Origin: a virus
Lineage: Duplodnaviria; Caudoviricetes
Length of the DNA stretch: 64,000 nt
IMG/VR virus record: IMGVR_UViG_3300014205_000173
Direction: 5' to 3' (one strand)
How positions within the stretch are numbered: position 1 is the stretch's first letter; every line of letters starts with the position of its first letter. The position numbers and the translations under genes are program-made. The notes below the pieces were generated by a model that searched no databases, had not been told where the DNA came from, and saw only the letters and a list, made by a program, of their open reading frames with translations. Positions 22,234 through 31,966 of the stretch are shown here, piece by piece.

Positions 22234-22896
22234 TCAAATCCCCACATTCTTAGGGTCTTCACAAAAATATTCTTGCTCGTTTGCTATGAAAATTTCATCC
22301 ATATCTTTTTTTGATATTTTTCTAGCCTCATCTGGAGTGCAATTAAACATTTCACATATTCGCTTTAATACGATAATAGCTGGAGGTGTTGGAATGTCAA
22401 TATTTTTCCTACCTGATCTTCTTTTCTTTATTGCCGAATAGTATTTAAAGCATTCAAGAGATAAATCCCTCTCTTCATCTTCAGAAAGTCCATCAAAACA
22501 TCCTTCTCTATGTAAAAGATCGTTTATTTTTGTAAGGAAAAAAGAAGCCAATTCTGGATGTAAATCTTCAATAATTTCTTTAGTAAAATAAATAGTTTCG
22601 CCAGAATGATCTTCTATTTTCCATAAAAGCATTCTAAGCTTATTTTCTTTTGTTTTTTCTGGTATAGATATTCTTTGTTTTGTATATGGATTTTTTCTAC
22701 TACTCAGTCTTGATATTTCATGTATATCATACCAAGAAGGTATCTTTATAAATACTTTTGCTTTTTGTATTTTTTCTTTACTTATTTCCCAGAAAAATTT
22801 TAAATTTTCTATTAAGAAAAAGTAGTTGGTATCATTTTCTTCAAAGTAATAGTATTCAAACTCAATTTCTTCATATCTATCTTGATTTGCAGACAT
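22234..22896 (-). CDS. Tail assembly chaperone, GT-like (chaperone domain plus C-terminal extension)
   Basis: Immediately upstream of the tape measure; paralogous to 22900-23412; C-terminal ICEMFNCTPDE. Confidence 0.65.
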   Translation of the reverse strand: MSANQDRYEEIEFEYYYFEENDTNYFFLIENLKFFWEISKEKIQKAKVFIKIPSWYDIHEISRLSSRKNPYTKQRISIPEKTKENKLRMLLWKIEDHSGETIYFTKEIIEDLHPELASFFLTKINDLLHREGCFDGLSEDEERDLSLECFKYYSAIKKRRSGRKNIDIPTPPAIIVLKRICEMFNCTPDEARKISKKDMDEIFIANEQEYFCEDPKNVGI

Positions 22897-22899
22897 TTT

Positions 22900-23412
22900 T
22901 TACTCATTTTTAAGATCTTTTTTTTCTTCTACTTTTACAGAAAAATCCTCTCCACTACCATTATCTACAAGTCTTTCATCAATTATTTTCTTTAAAAATT
23001 TATCTTTTGAAAATATTTCTTCCTTTTCTTTTTCTAATTTTTCATCATATGCCTGAATTAAACCTATTGCAAATTCAGGTATTACATTATTATAGAACTC
23101 AGCATCTAGCTTTATATCCTCTCCAGAACCATCGACAAGACGTTTTAATAAATTTCTAAACTTTTTATCTCTAAGCGTAATTGTATCAACATATGGAACT
23201 CCTGTTACTTGATCAATTTCTATAACACCTTTTATATATTTATTAAAATTATTCCAGTTTGGACGTTCAAACCATGCCCTTGCCGTTTTAATTTTTTCTC
23301 TGAATCTTTCTTTGTCATCAAAATTTTCTACAAAAAGTATATCCCCTTCTTCCAACTCAATATAATCTAGATTCACTTCTACTAAAGATTTTTTTACTGT
23401 AAATTTTGACAT
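22900..23412 (-). CDS. Tail assembly chaperone, G-like
   Basis: Between tail tube and tape measure; acidic helical protein. Confidence 0.65.
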   Translation of the reverse strand: MSKFTVKKSLVEVNLDYIELEEGDILFVENFDDKERFREKIKTARAWFERPNWNNFNKYIKGVIEIDQVTGVPYVDTITLRDKKFRNLLKRLVDGSGEDIKLDAEFYNNVIPEFAIGLIQAYDEKLEKEKEEIFSKDKFLKKIIDERLVDNGSGEDFSVKVEEKKDLKNE

Positions 23413-23435
23413 AACTTTCTCTTTTTATTTGTAAA

Positions 23436-23476
23436 ATAAAAACATCTACAAACACAGTTACGATATTTGTAGATGT
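23436..23476 (-). terminator. Intrinsic terminator after the tail tube gene
   Basis: ACATCTACAAA / TTTGTAGATGT inverted repeat at 23442-23476, followed by a T-run on the minus strand. Confidence 0.75.
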
Positions 23477-23506
23477 CTATTTGTATAAAACTATGTTTTT
23501 AATAAA

Positions 23507-24529
23507 TTAAGTTATAACCAAAGCATCAAACTCAGCATCATTTGCACCAAGTGCAGTGAATGAACTTTCAACAGTAACTCTATCTGAAGTTCCAAGAGTT
23601 GGTGGTTCGGCATTCCATAAACAATTATTTAAAGTAAGAGTCAACGCTGCTGTTGGTTTTCCTATTTTAATAACCAAGCTACTTATACCAGTACCAACAA
23701 CTTGCTGAATTCCACCTTGTTTATTTGATTGCCATGTAATTGTTCCAGTAATCATTCTTTGATTTGCGGAAATTGACTGTGCATTCAATCCAAATGGGCT
23801 ATATAGTTCATCGTCATTATTACCCATTGTATAATTTCTAACAAGTCTATTGTCTATGTTTAAAGAAAACCCAACAACAAACATTCCCGTTGGAGCGCCA
23901 GTTACGGAAACCGCATCCCACTGAGGAATTTGCTCTAAATTTAACTCAGTATAACTTACTGCTGGGGCGCCATCAGCAAAACCGCCAGTTGTATTTCCAG
24001 CAGAACCATCTGCCGTATCAGGATATAATTTTCTTTCAGTATCCCCGAATGAATTAATTTCTATTAAATCACTTTCTGTTACAATTCCCCAAACCTGTGC
24101 TCTTGATGTTATTTCTCCGCCAGACTGACATTCAATGGAAGCACTATTTACTTTACATCCTCTTAGTGTTGGATGCACAGAAGAACTAATTGTGAAGTTT
24201 TCTCCCGGATTAAAAACTAGATTTGCAGCAGCTTTAAATAAAGCAACGCCAGTACCACCACCATCAGCACCGAAAACGAAAGGGAAAGACAAATCTCCTT
24301 GAGATGTAATTGGTCCTTTTTTCCATGCAGTTCTATCTTGTCTTCCTGTTACGAAATCTGGAGCTTCACCAGATTGAGTGATACCAATCTTATAATCTGA
24401 TACACGTATAACGCTTTCAGCCGCACCTAATTCTAAAATTCCTCCGGGAGAATCAGTTAGTGTAACTAACTGGTTCCAACCCATCAAAGTTCTTACTTCT
24501 GAAAAAAACTGAACTGGATCAGTAGCCAT
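23507..24529 (-). CDS. Major tail tube protein
   Basis: GPITSQGDLSF and QRMITGTITW strands, FSLNIDNRL; G/S/T-rich; synteny with chaperones and tape measure; own terminator. Confidence 0.8.
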   Translation of the reverse strand: MATDPVQFFSEVRTLMGWNQLVTLTDSPGGILELGAAESVIRVSDYKIGITQSGEAPDFVTGRQDRTAWKKGPITSQGDLSFPFVFGADGGGTGVALFKAAANLVFNPGENFTISSSVHPTLRGCKVNSASIECQSGGEITSRAQVWGIVTESDLIEINSFGDTERKLYPDTADGSAGNTTGGFADGAPAVSYTELNLEQIPQWDAVSVTGAPTGMFVVGFSLNIDNRLVRNYTMGNNDDELYSPFGLNAQSISANQRMITGTITWQSNKQGGIQQVVGTGISSLVIKIGKPTAALTLTLNNCLWNAEPPTLGTSDRVTVESSFTALGANDAEFDALVIT

Positions 24530-24588
24530 TTTTATTCACTCCATTTATAACTTTTAATTTTTTCAATCATTTTCTCACTCAACAGTTA

Positions 24589-25287
24589 TTATGGTGTAAT
24601 AAACTGATCGTTTATCGTTGTTCCTATTCTTGCAGAAAGCTCTGCAAAGTTTTGAGAAAAATATGTTGGAGAAGCATCTAACCCAGCTTCTGTTCCGTAA
24701 TCAAAAATACTTAACTGTGATGCCGACATCCCTACAGCAACCGCATCTGCATCAGAAACATAGGCATAATTTGTATAATAGTCCGAAATATTATTAACAG
24801 TAAAGGTAGTTCCATCCAATCCTGTTCTATTTGCAGAAGTACTTGAAGACATTCTTTTAACAATATGTGCGTTTAGTTTTCTTAACGCATTACCGACTAA
24901 ATTAGTAGCAACAGTTTTTGCACTTTCTTCGTTAAATGTAGTATTTGCAAAGCTGTACATAAAAATAGACAGATCAGTTCCTATTGAGTTTGGAGGTGCT
25001 GTATACTTTGCAGAATTACCAATCCAGACAGAATAATTTGCATTTGAAGAAACTTCACTTTCGCCAGTACCAGCAGGAGCACACCCCCAAGTAGTAACAT
25101 CTGATTCCGCATGTAATCCGCCCGTAGTATAATGTGGTGCGTTTGAAGTTTCACTTAAAATTAGCTGTGCAACATTATAAGCAGTATCAGAGTCACTCTC
25201 ATTAAACATAGAGTCTCTTATTTTGCCATAGATTGCTCCAAGTTTATCTGCAATAGCTTTATACTGATAAGGAAGTATAACTGACAT
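24589..25287 (-). CDS. Hypothetical virion protein
   Basis: A/S/T-rich 232-aa ORF upstream of the tail tube. Confidence 0.55.
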   Translation of the reverse strand: MSVILPYQYKAIADKLGAIYGKIRDSMFNESDSDTAYNVAQLILSETSNAPHYTTGGLHAESDVTTWGCAPAGTGESEVSSNANYSVWIGNSAKYTAPPNSIGTDLSIFMYSFANTTFNEESAKTVATNLVGNALRKLNAHIVKRMSSSTSANRTGLDGTTFTVNNISDYYTNYAYVSDADAVAVGMSASQLSIFDYGTEAGLDASPTYFSQNFAELSARIGTTINDQFITP

Positions 25288-25291
25288 ATTT

Positions 25292-26212
25292 TCAATCTCC
25301 TATACCTATTTCCGATCCCTCGACAATAGGATTATAAGTCTTTTTCTGTAATCTATTTTGTATTTCCTTCTTTATAAATTCAAAAAATACCTTTTTAACA
25401 TCATGGTCAAACAAATACTCTTTAGATTGTTCAAGGAAATGTTCATAGTTTCCTTCAAAAAATTCTTCTAAACAAATATATTTTCTACCTAATTTACTTA
25501 AAATTAAATTAGTCTCATTAAAATAAGACTCATCTATTATTATTTTTGATAATGACAATAAAATACACAATTCTTCATCAGGGCAGCTTTCAACATCAAC
25601 AAAGCTTATATAATCACTTTTAAGCCTTGGATGTTCTGACAATTTTTTTATATTGTTTTTATTACAAAGAACCATTATGTTGCTATCCTTACAATCACTT
25701 TCAATATTTCTATAAAAAAACATTTCTTTCTTAAATAGAATTTCTGTTTTTTCTATAAAGATATCTTTCAAACAAGATGGTCCCATTCCGAAAATATAAT
25801 CAAATGGCTCTAAAGTAGATTTATCAAAATCATTAAAAGACACTAGGCGATCTAAAACTACTAAAAATGGAATATTATTTATTCCAAAATATTTTTTCAC
25901 TAAAGAGATTGGCCAAACATCTGACGTTCTACCCTTTGTAATAACAATATCTATATTGTTCTTTAATATAAATTCAGATATAATTAAAATAAAATTATCA
26001 GAATATTTTCCTTCAGAAACTATAAAAAAATTATCAGAAATATCTTCTGGAATATTTTCAAGAATATCAAAATAATTATTTTGAGATTCTTTAAGTTCTT
26101 CATTTTCCCAAAAAACAGCAACAGACTCTTTATTTTGACAAAGTTCTTTTGCCAAAAGAATATTTTCTTTAGAGTACTCAGACATAAAAAGTACATTATT
26201 ACAATTTACCAT
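25292..26212 (-). CDS. Hypothetical protein, possibly a degenerate GT-B glycosyltransferase-like fold
   Basis: Alpha/beta pattern and DEELCILLSLSKIII resembling a GT-B C-terminal helix-strand; weak. Confidence 0.35.
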   Translation of the reverse strand: MVNCNNVLFMSEYSKENILLAKELCQNKESVAVFWENEELKESQNNYFDILENIPEDISDNFFIVSEGKYSDNFILIISEFILKNNIDIVITKGRTSDVWPISLVKKYFGINNIPFLVVLDRLVSFNDFDKSTLEPFDYIFGMGPSCLKDIFIEKTEILFKKEMFFYRNIESDCKDSNIMVLCNKNNIKKLSEHPRLKSDYISFVDVESCPDEELCILLSLSKIIIDESYFNETNLILSKLGRKYICLEEFFEGNYEHFLEQSKEYLFDHDVKKVFFEFIKKEIQNRLQKKTYNPIVEGSEIGIGD

Positions 26213-26229
26213 TAAGTTTTTCCGTGTTA

Positions 26230-26997
26230 TTAAAAAGGTCCGTCAATTGGCGTTTCCATTTGACCTTGTTGTGTAAGATATCCTCTCCAAATATACATAT
26301 CTGCATCCCAAGTTATTTTTGCTGCCTTTACAAACTGGCTTCCCTTCTGAACAACCCCATATTCTATTGAATTTATTTTAGCACTACTTGTAACCTGATA
26401 GTCTCTTTTTGCTCCAACAGGTTGAATATGTAAGTTTGTCATTAATATATACTCAACAACATCAGTAACCTTCATCATATCTTCAGTGCTTCTATCGCTA
26501 TCTGCACCTTCAACATAAATTATAAAATCAATAGACATAGTATCCATAGTTCCCGAGAATGTCTTCCATTCAATTCTTTTACTTGACGGAACAATGCAAA
26601 CCGTTGGAAAAATATTTACAACAGCTAAATCTCCCAATCTAACATCTTTTACTATTATCCCTCCCGGAGCCCTTCTTACTTTGGCACTATTTGAAACCAA
26701 CCAATCCTTAGAAACATTTCCATCTAAAATTATTTCATTCTTTTCATTACTAACATTTATTACATCATATTCGGGCATACCATCATATCCGCCAGGAATT
26801 GGTTTCCCTGTACATACGGAAGTACTATCTTGTAATACTACTTCGGGATATCTTATGTTTAAATTTTCCCAAGTAAAATCACTTGAGTCTGAAAGATTTA
26901 ATATATTCGATCCAGATAAACAGTCTTCCGATAAATTAGCTGAAGCCATAAGAAGTCTTTCCATTCTGTTTGCCACAGCTTTGTATAAATGAAACAT
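26230..26997 (-). CDS. Tail terminator/completion-like protein
   Basis: C-terminal FPTVCIVP...IDFIIYV...DVVEYIL...IEYG pattern; position between adaptor and tail tube. Confidence 0.6.
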   Translation of the reverse strand: MFHLYKAVANRMERLLMASANLSEDCLSGSNILNLSDSSDFTWENLNIRYPEVVLQDSTSVCTGKPIPGGYDGMPEYDVINVSNEKNEIILDGNVSKDWLVSNSAKVRRAPGGIIVKDVRLGDLAVVNIFPTVCIVPSSKRIEWKTFSGTMDTMSIDFIIYVEGADSDRSTEDMMKVTDVVEYILMTNLHIQPVGAKRDYQVTSSAKINSIEYGVVQKGSQFVKAAKITWDADMYIWRGYLTQQGQMETPIDGPF

Positions 26998-27269
26998 TAC
27001 AAACTCCTATTTGCGTCTCTTTCAATTTCAGAAAAAACCTGACCTACAGCAAGAATAGTATCTCTTATTTTCTTTTCTTCACCTTGAGCATTGGCATTAA
27101 ATGGATCTACCGTAGATCCCATAAAGTCAGAAGTTTTTACGAAAACAGGTAGGCTTTCATCAACCTTTAAAAAACCATCTTCATCAATTTCTCTTGAAAT
27201 ATTTTCCATTTCAAGTTCTGTTCTTTTTAGAAAACCACTAAAAATATCAAGAGATTTTTCAAGATCCAT
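26997..27269 (-). CDS. Small hypothetical protein
   Basis: 90-aa ORF coupled to neighbours. Confidence 0.55.
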   Translation of the reverse strand: MDLEKSLDIFSGFLKRTELEMENISREIDEDGFLKVDESLPVFVKTSDFMGSTVDPFNANAQGEEKKIRDTILAVGQVFSEIERDANRSL

Positions 27270-27271
27270 TA

Positions 27272-27772
27272 TTATTGACCGGCATTTCTTTTATTTATTT
27301 GAAGCTCACCCGGACGGGCTACACGAGGATCGTCCATTAACTCTCTACGATGAAATCTTTTTCCTGTATAAATCTGTCCTCTTAAAAAAATTGTTCCAGA
27401 CTGAAGTTGAGATAAGTCATCAAAAGCCAACGATCTTTGATTTTTACCCCAATCAGAAACATTCGGCTCTTGCCCTGAAGAAATTACTTCATCATATATT
27501 TTTGCCGCTGTAAGTCTTGCGTTTATCAGGGGAATTGGATCAGGATATACTGGAGTTCCCAAAGTTCCATTTTCATAATCGGGAACCTTTATTTTTCTTA
27601 AAGGAGTATTATAGATTGTACTTAAATATCCATTAATTATACCGGCAGACTGTTCTATATAAAATGTAACATCGCTTTCTAGGATATTTACGTTTCTATC
27701 TTGAAGATTTGTTCCAATTACAATTTTATTTGGAAGTATTTGCTGAACTTCAGATACAGTACAATAGCCCAT
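27272..27772 (-). CDS. Head-tail adaptor (Mu gp36/DUF1320-like)
   Basis: MGYCTVSEV start, IEQSAGIINGYL..IY.TP, LTAAKIY, LSQLQSG. Confidence 0.75.
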   Translation of the reverse strand: MGYCTVSEVQQILPNKIVIGTNLQDRNVNILESDVTFYIEQSAGIINGYLSTIYNTPLRKIKVPDYENGTLGTPVYPDPIPLINARLTAAKIYDEVISSGQEPNVSDWGKNQRSLAFDDLSQLQSGTIFLRGQIYTGKRFHRRELMDDPRVARPGELQINKRNAGQ

Positions 27773-27813
27773 TAGAAATCACCCCTTTTATATATAGTAA
27801 GTATTTCCTAAAT

Positions 27814-29445
27814 TTATCTTTTATTTCCTTTGACAATAGAATTTTGAAAAAATAAAAAATTTTTTCTTTGATTTATATTCTTATTTAAATACCAAACATT
27901 ACCCATTACATTTACTTTAAGTTTTAATTCTTTGAAAAATGAATCTACGGCATCTCGAACTTCTGGAAAAAAATAATCATGACCAGATATTATTCCACCT
28001 TCTTTAACTAACAAAAACCATGATCTTAAATCTGAAAAAACCGATTCATAAGTATGTTCTGCATCTATAAAAACACAATCAAGAGATTCTTTTTTGAAAT
28101 ATTTAGAAGCTTCAATTGACGACATTTTCATAGGGAAAATTTTTCCCAATAAATTTTGCTCTTTAATATTTTTATAAAAATTAGAATAAATACATCCTCC
28201 GTTTCTATTAACTTCATCAATATGATAAGTTTCTGACGGAGATCCTTTCCAAGTATCTACACCAAATATTTTTATTTCTTTCCTGTTTTTAAAAATATTT
28301 TCAGCCATATAAGATATTGATTTACCCTTCCATACTCCAATCTCAACAAACATTCCATTTTCCGGGATTTTATCAAAAACAAAATCATAAAAATCCAAAT
28401 AATCAAACCACCCCTCTATATCAGAAAATTTTTTATTTTTACAAACAATTCTATCATAATAAATTTTTTTGTCTAAATATTTATTAATAATAGGGCATAA
28501 ATAATTTTCAAAATAATTTAAATGCCAATAGTTATAAAAATTCATATTACAATTAAACAACACTTCACTTTGTTCAAAATTTGTTTTATTAAAAAAATCT
28601 AATACTTTATCGAAAGAAGCATTGCAGTCTAATAGATTTTCAGACCCACTAGAATTACAATTAGGTAATTTAATACAATTATATCCATCTATCCAGTCAT
28701 AAGAATATTTCACTGTACCTTCTTGCAAAAGAATAATTGAATTTACAGATGATTCCGAATCTCTAAAACATTTTTCCCCGTAACCATGCAAAGAAACCGA
28801 TAGTTTTGCATCAAGTTGTAAAGAAAACACTTCATAAATAGAAAGCCTTCTATAACAATCTCTAAGTTGTATATCACATTTTATTTCATCTTTATTAATT
28901 AAAAAATTTGAAAAGTTTATTCTAGATATATTAGAATTGCCAAAAATCATCAACAAATCTTTTTTTCGTAATTTATATTGATTGGCTCCAAGAAATGGAT
29001 ACTCTAAGGCTTCAGGTATTGTTGAAATAAAGTCTAAAGGATGAATATCATATTTTTTATTTTTATAATCATTGTTTATTTTATATTCTCTTTTAAAATA
29101 AGATATTATGTTAATTTCTTTTAAACAAAAATCTCCCATTTCTATCCAATCAGAATTAGATGAAATAACTCTTTCCATCCCAAGCATATATGTCTTATTA
29201 AAGGTTTCAACATAATCAAAAACAATAATTTTTTTTTCTTTGATTTCCTTAGCTTTTATTCTATCAAATAAAAAATTTTCATCATATTCCAAAAAAAGAA
29301 AAACAAAATCAGAATCAACTACAGAATATGTCCTTTCATAAGATTTAGAATTTTCAAAAAACATATTCATGTAATGAGATATGGCACCGCTCATACATCT
29401 TACTGTACTTAGCTCTGTTAAAAAAATTTTTATTTTGTTTTCCAT
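27814..29445 (-). CDS. Fusion of a glycosyltransferase-like domain and a class I SAM methyltransferase (Methyltransf_24-like)
   Basis: N-terminal SVSLHGYGEKCFRDSE; C-terminal FVEIGVWKGKS, GVDTW, VFIDAEHTYESV, SGHDY. Confidence 0.8.
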   Translation of the reverse strand: MENKIKIFLTELSTVRCMSGAISHYMNMFFENSKSYERTYSVVDSDFVFLFLEYDENFLFDRIKAKEIKEKKIIVFDYVETFNKTYMLGMERVISSNSDWIEMGDFCLKEINIISYFKREYKINNDYKNKKYDIHPLDFISTIPEALEYPFLGANQYKLRKKDLLMIFGNSNISRINFSNFLINKDEIKCDIQLRDCYRRLSIYEVFSLQLDAKLSVSLHGYGEKCFRDSESSVNSIILLQEGTVKYSYDWIDGYNCIKLPNCNSSGSENLLDCNASFDKVLDFFNKTNFEQSEVLFNCNMNFYNYWHLNYFENYLCPIINKYLDKKIYYDRIVCKNKKFSDIEGWFDYLDFYDFVFDKIPENGMFVEIGVWKGKSISYMAENIFKNRKEIKIFGVDTWKGSPSETYHIDEVNRNGGCIYSNFYKNIKEQNLLGKIFPMKMSSIEASKYFKKESLDCVFIDAEHTYESVFSDLRSWFLLVKEGGIISGHDYFFPEVRDAVDSFFKELKLKVNVMGNVWYLNKNINQRKNFLFFQNSIVKGNKR

Positions 29446-29451
29446 ATCTAT

Positions 29452-30051
29452 TTAATATATTGTTTTATTGCTATCCTTATCCTTATTTTGACTTATTAAT
29501 ATATTGTTCTTTTTTAGACAAAAAATAATATTATAGGTTGAGTCATGGCTATTTTTTCTATCAAAAAGTTCTTTTTTATAAACAATCTTTAATATTTTTA
29601 TTTTTTTTATTATAGAACACATAAAGTCTAGTCCAAACATATCGTATTTGTGAGATCCATTTGGCAATGTATTGTCAATAATACACCTATTCAAATACCT
29701 TTGCTGGTCTGGCAAAAGCAATATAATAATTCCATCATCTTTTAAAATTTTACACCAATCTTTTAATAGTTTTTTTATTTCAAATTCCTTAAAGTCTTCA
29801 ATTAAATGAGATGAATACACAACATCATATTTTACCTTTACTATAGATAAAATTTCTCTAACGTCTCCATGATATTTTATTTTTGAAGAATCTGCACCAT
29901 TATATGGTATAGGTAAGTCAAATGTATCACAGCTATCTGTAAGTGGACTATACCCACAGCCAATATCTATAATTAACAAATTATCTATAGACTTCTTTTC
30001 TTTTACTATTAAATCTAAAACTATCTTTCTATAGTGATCTGTTTCGCCCAT
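29452..30051 (-). CDS. Class I SAM-dependent methyltransferase
   Basis: IIDIGCG motif I, YDVVYSSHLIED, WCKILKDDGIIILLLPD. Confidence 0.85.
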   Translation of the reverse strand: MGETDHYRKIVLDLIVKEKKSIDNLLIIDIGCGYSPLTDSCDTFDLPIPYNGADSSKIKYHGDVREILSIVKVKYDVVYSSHLIEDFKEFEIKKLLKDWCKILKDDGIIILLLPDQQRYLNRCIIDNTLPNGSHKYDMFGLDFMCSIIKKIKILKIVYKKELFDRKNSHDSTYNIIFCLKKNNILISQNKDKDSNKTIY

Positions 30052-30055
30052 ATGT

Positions 30056-31183
30056 TTAAAAACAATTCGTCATATTTATATTTTGTCTTAAAATATTTAT
30101 TTTATTCTGTACACTAAAACCCTTTTCAATACTATCATAAATACCAAGTTCTTCAAATCTTTCTTGAAAAACAATGCTTCTTAACCTTTCTTTTGAAATA
30201 AAATTAATACTATTTTCTTCAAAATTAACACCATTATTAAATTTTAATTTATGTAAAACATCTTTATTTAAACAAGAATTTTCTATATTTTTAAAAATTA
30301 AACTCAATGTATCTGGCGAGTATTTTGTTTTAACAACAAAAGTAAACATCTCATGAGTCATGCTCATAAGATATTTTAAATTTAAATTCTTTGTAAAACA
30401 AATTACAACATCATATTTTTTTGAAATTTCATTAATTAACTCTGATTCTATTTTAGATTTACAAATTATAATTTTATTAAATATTTTTTTCTTACAAATA
30501 TCTTCCAAGTATTCCAAGTCTATATAAAAATCAAAAACAACTTCAGGTTTAAAGTTTATAAAAAACGGACTCAAAACATCCTCTCTGTTAAACATAATTT
30601 TATCATTGATATTTTCATAATATAAATTATATAAAATATTTTGAGAAATACAGGCATCAAAACCTATATTTGTTTCCAACCCATCAACTATATCCAAAAC
30701 TCTACTATTATCTCTTATAAACTCTTTATATATGTTGATTTCACAAAAACATTTATCTTCTATAAAAACTCTTAAAAGTCCATTTATAGATATTAATTTT
30801 ATTTTACAAAAATCCTTTCCCCAATAAACTACATTTTCTCCGCCTTTATAAATCATAATTTCTGGAACAAAACCATAAACTCTAGAAAAGCTCCAGCGAT
30901 AATCTTCATTATTATTATTTATACATCTAATTTCATACCCAGAACCAGAATGTATAAAGTATAACGAATAAAATACCTTTTTATGATAATCATAAAAAAA
31001 CCTTAATTGAAAACCACCAAACTTTGTTATTTTCTTAAAATCTATAATAAATTTAAAATCTTTAGAAAATTTAATTTTCTTTTCAGAAAATAAAAACATA
31101 TCTTTGCTATCTGAAAGAAACTCTATCCCCTCGCTAGAGGCTAAAGCCATTTCCCCTTTATGTAAATTAAAAGAATCTGACAT
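30056..31183 (-). CDS. Hypothetical protein with a possible lectin-like N-terminal beta-sandwich
   Basis: Within the glyco cassette; KLISINGLLRVFIEDK strand pattern; weak. Confidence 0.4.
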   Translation of the reverse strand: MSDSFNLHKGEMALASSEGIEFLSDSKDMFLFSEKKIKFSKDFKFIIDFKKITKFGGFQLRFFYDYHKKVFYSLYFIHSGSGYEIRCINNNNEDYRWSFSRVYGFVPEIMIYKGGENVVYWGKDFCKIKLISINGLLRVFIEDKCFCEINIYKEFIRDNSRVLDIVDGLETNIGFDACISQNILYNLYYENINDKIMFNREDVLSPFFINFKPEVVFDFYIDLEYLEDICKKKIFNKIIICKSKIESELINEISKKYDVVICFTKNLNLKYLMSMTHEMFTFVVKTKYSPDTLSLIFKNIENSCLNKDVLHKLKFNNGVNFEENSINFISKERLRSIVFQERFEELGIYDSIEKGFSVQNKINILRQNINMTNCF

Positions 31184-31186
31184 AAA

Positions 31187-31966
31187 TTATACCCAGTGGA
31201 AATAATACATACCTGTATCAGTTAAGGCTTTTTTACCTGCGTAAAGCAATCTTCTATCAAAATCTATATCATCCTGTCCGTGCAATCCAAAATTTTCTTT
31301 TAGTAAACCATAATTCAAAAGAATGTCATATGTTGTAAAAACAAGACATCCCATTATTCTAAAAAGACCAACTTGTATTGTTAAGAATCCATCATTATTT
31401 TTTCTTAATTCTAAAGCGTATTCTTCCATCCTATCCTTAATATATGTACTATTGAAATTTATTACCTTTTCATTTCTATAATCACCAACGGCTCTTCCAA
31501 AAAGAATTTTTTGAGAGTCTTCAAATATTCTTATTAACTTAAACTTATTAAAAATATAACCCATAGTAGGGTGGGTTGCAAAAGCCATTCCTGTTACAGC
31601 CCCCATGTTTGGGTCCGAATTAAAACATTTTTTAAGTCTTTCTAGCCAATCTTTATTTGATTTTGGAATTATAACATCATCATCTAACTTTATTATATAC
31701 TTATATTTAGAAGATAAAAAGCAGGTATTCAAACCCTTTGCTGCTCCTATATTTTCTGAAAAATAAAACACATTAATAAAATTATGTTTATTTTCTAAAC
31801 CTTCTAGAAAACTAACCAATTCTTTATCCAAACCATTACAGGCTATATTTATTTCAAAATTTTCATCTCTATCACTTTGTATCCAACTATCAATAGATTC
31901 TTTAAACTTTAATAATTTTTTGCCATACACAACCGTACATAAACTATACCCATCTTCCTTTATCAT
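31187..31966 (-). CDS. Glycosyltransferase family 2
   Basis: ENIGAAKGLN, YIIKLDDD (DxD), FGLHGQDDIDF, terminal YFH. Confidence 0.85.
   Translation of the reverse strand: MIKEDGYSLCTVVYGKKLLKFKESIDSWIQSDRDENFEINIACNGLDKELVSFLEGLENKHNFINVFYFSENIGAAKGLNTCFLSSKYKYIIKLDDDVIIPKSNKDWLERLKKCFNSDPNMGAVTGMAFATHPTMGYIFNKFKLIRIFEDSQKILFGRAVGDYRNEKVINFNSTYIKDRMEEYALELRKNNDGFLTIQVGLFRIMGCLVFTTYDILLNYGLLKENFGLHGQDDIDFDRRLLYAGKKALTDTGMYYFHWV

Noticed and set aside
22890-22930. Programmed -1 frameshift between the tail chaperones
   Set aside because: A-runs exist near the end of the first gene, but the two ORFs are in the same frame and the second has its own ATG and a full paralogous domain.
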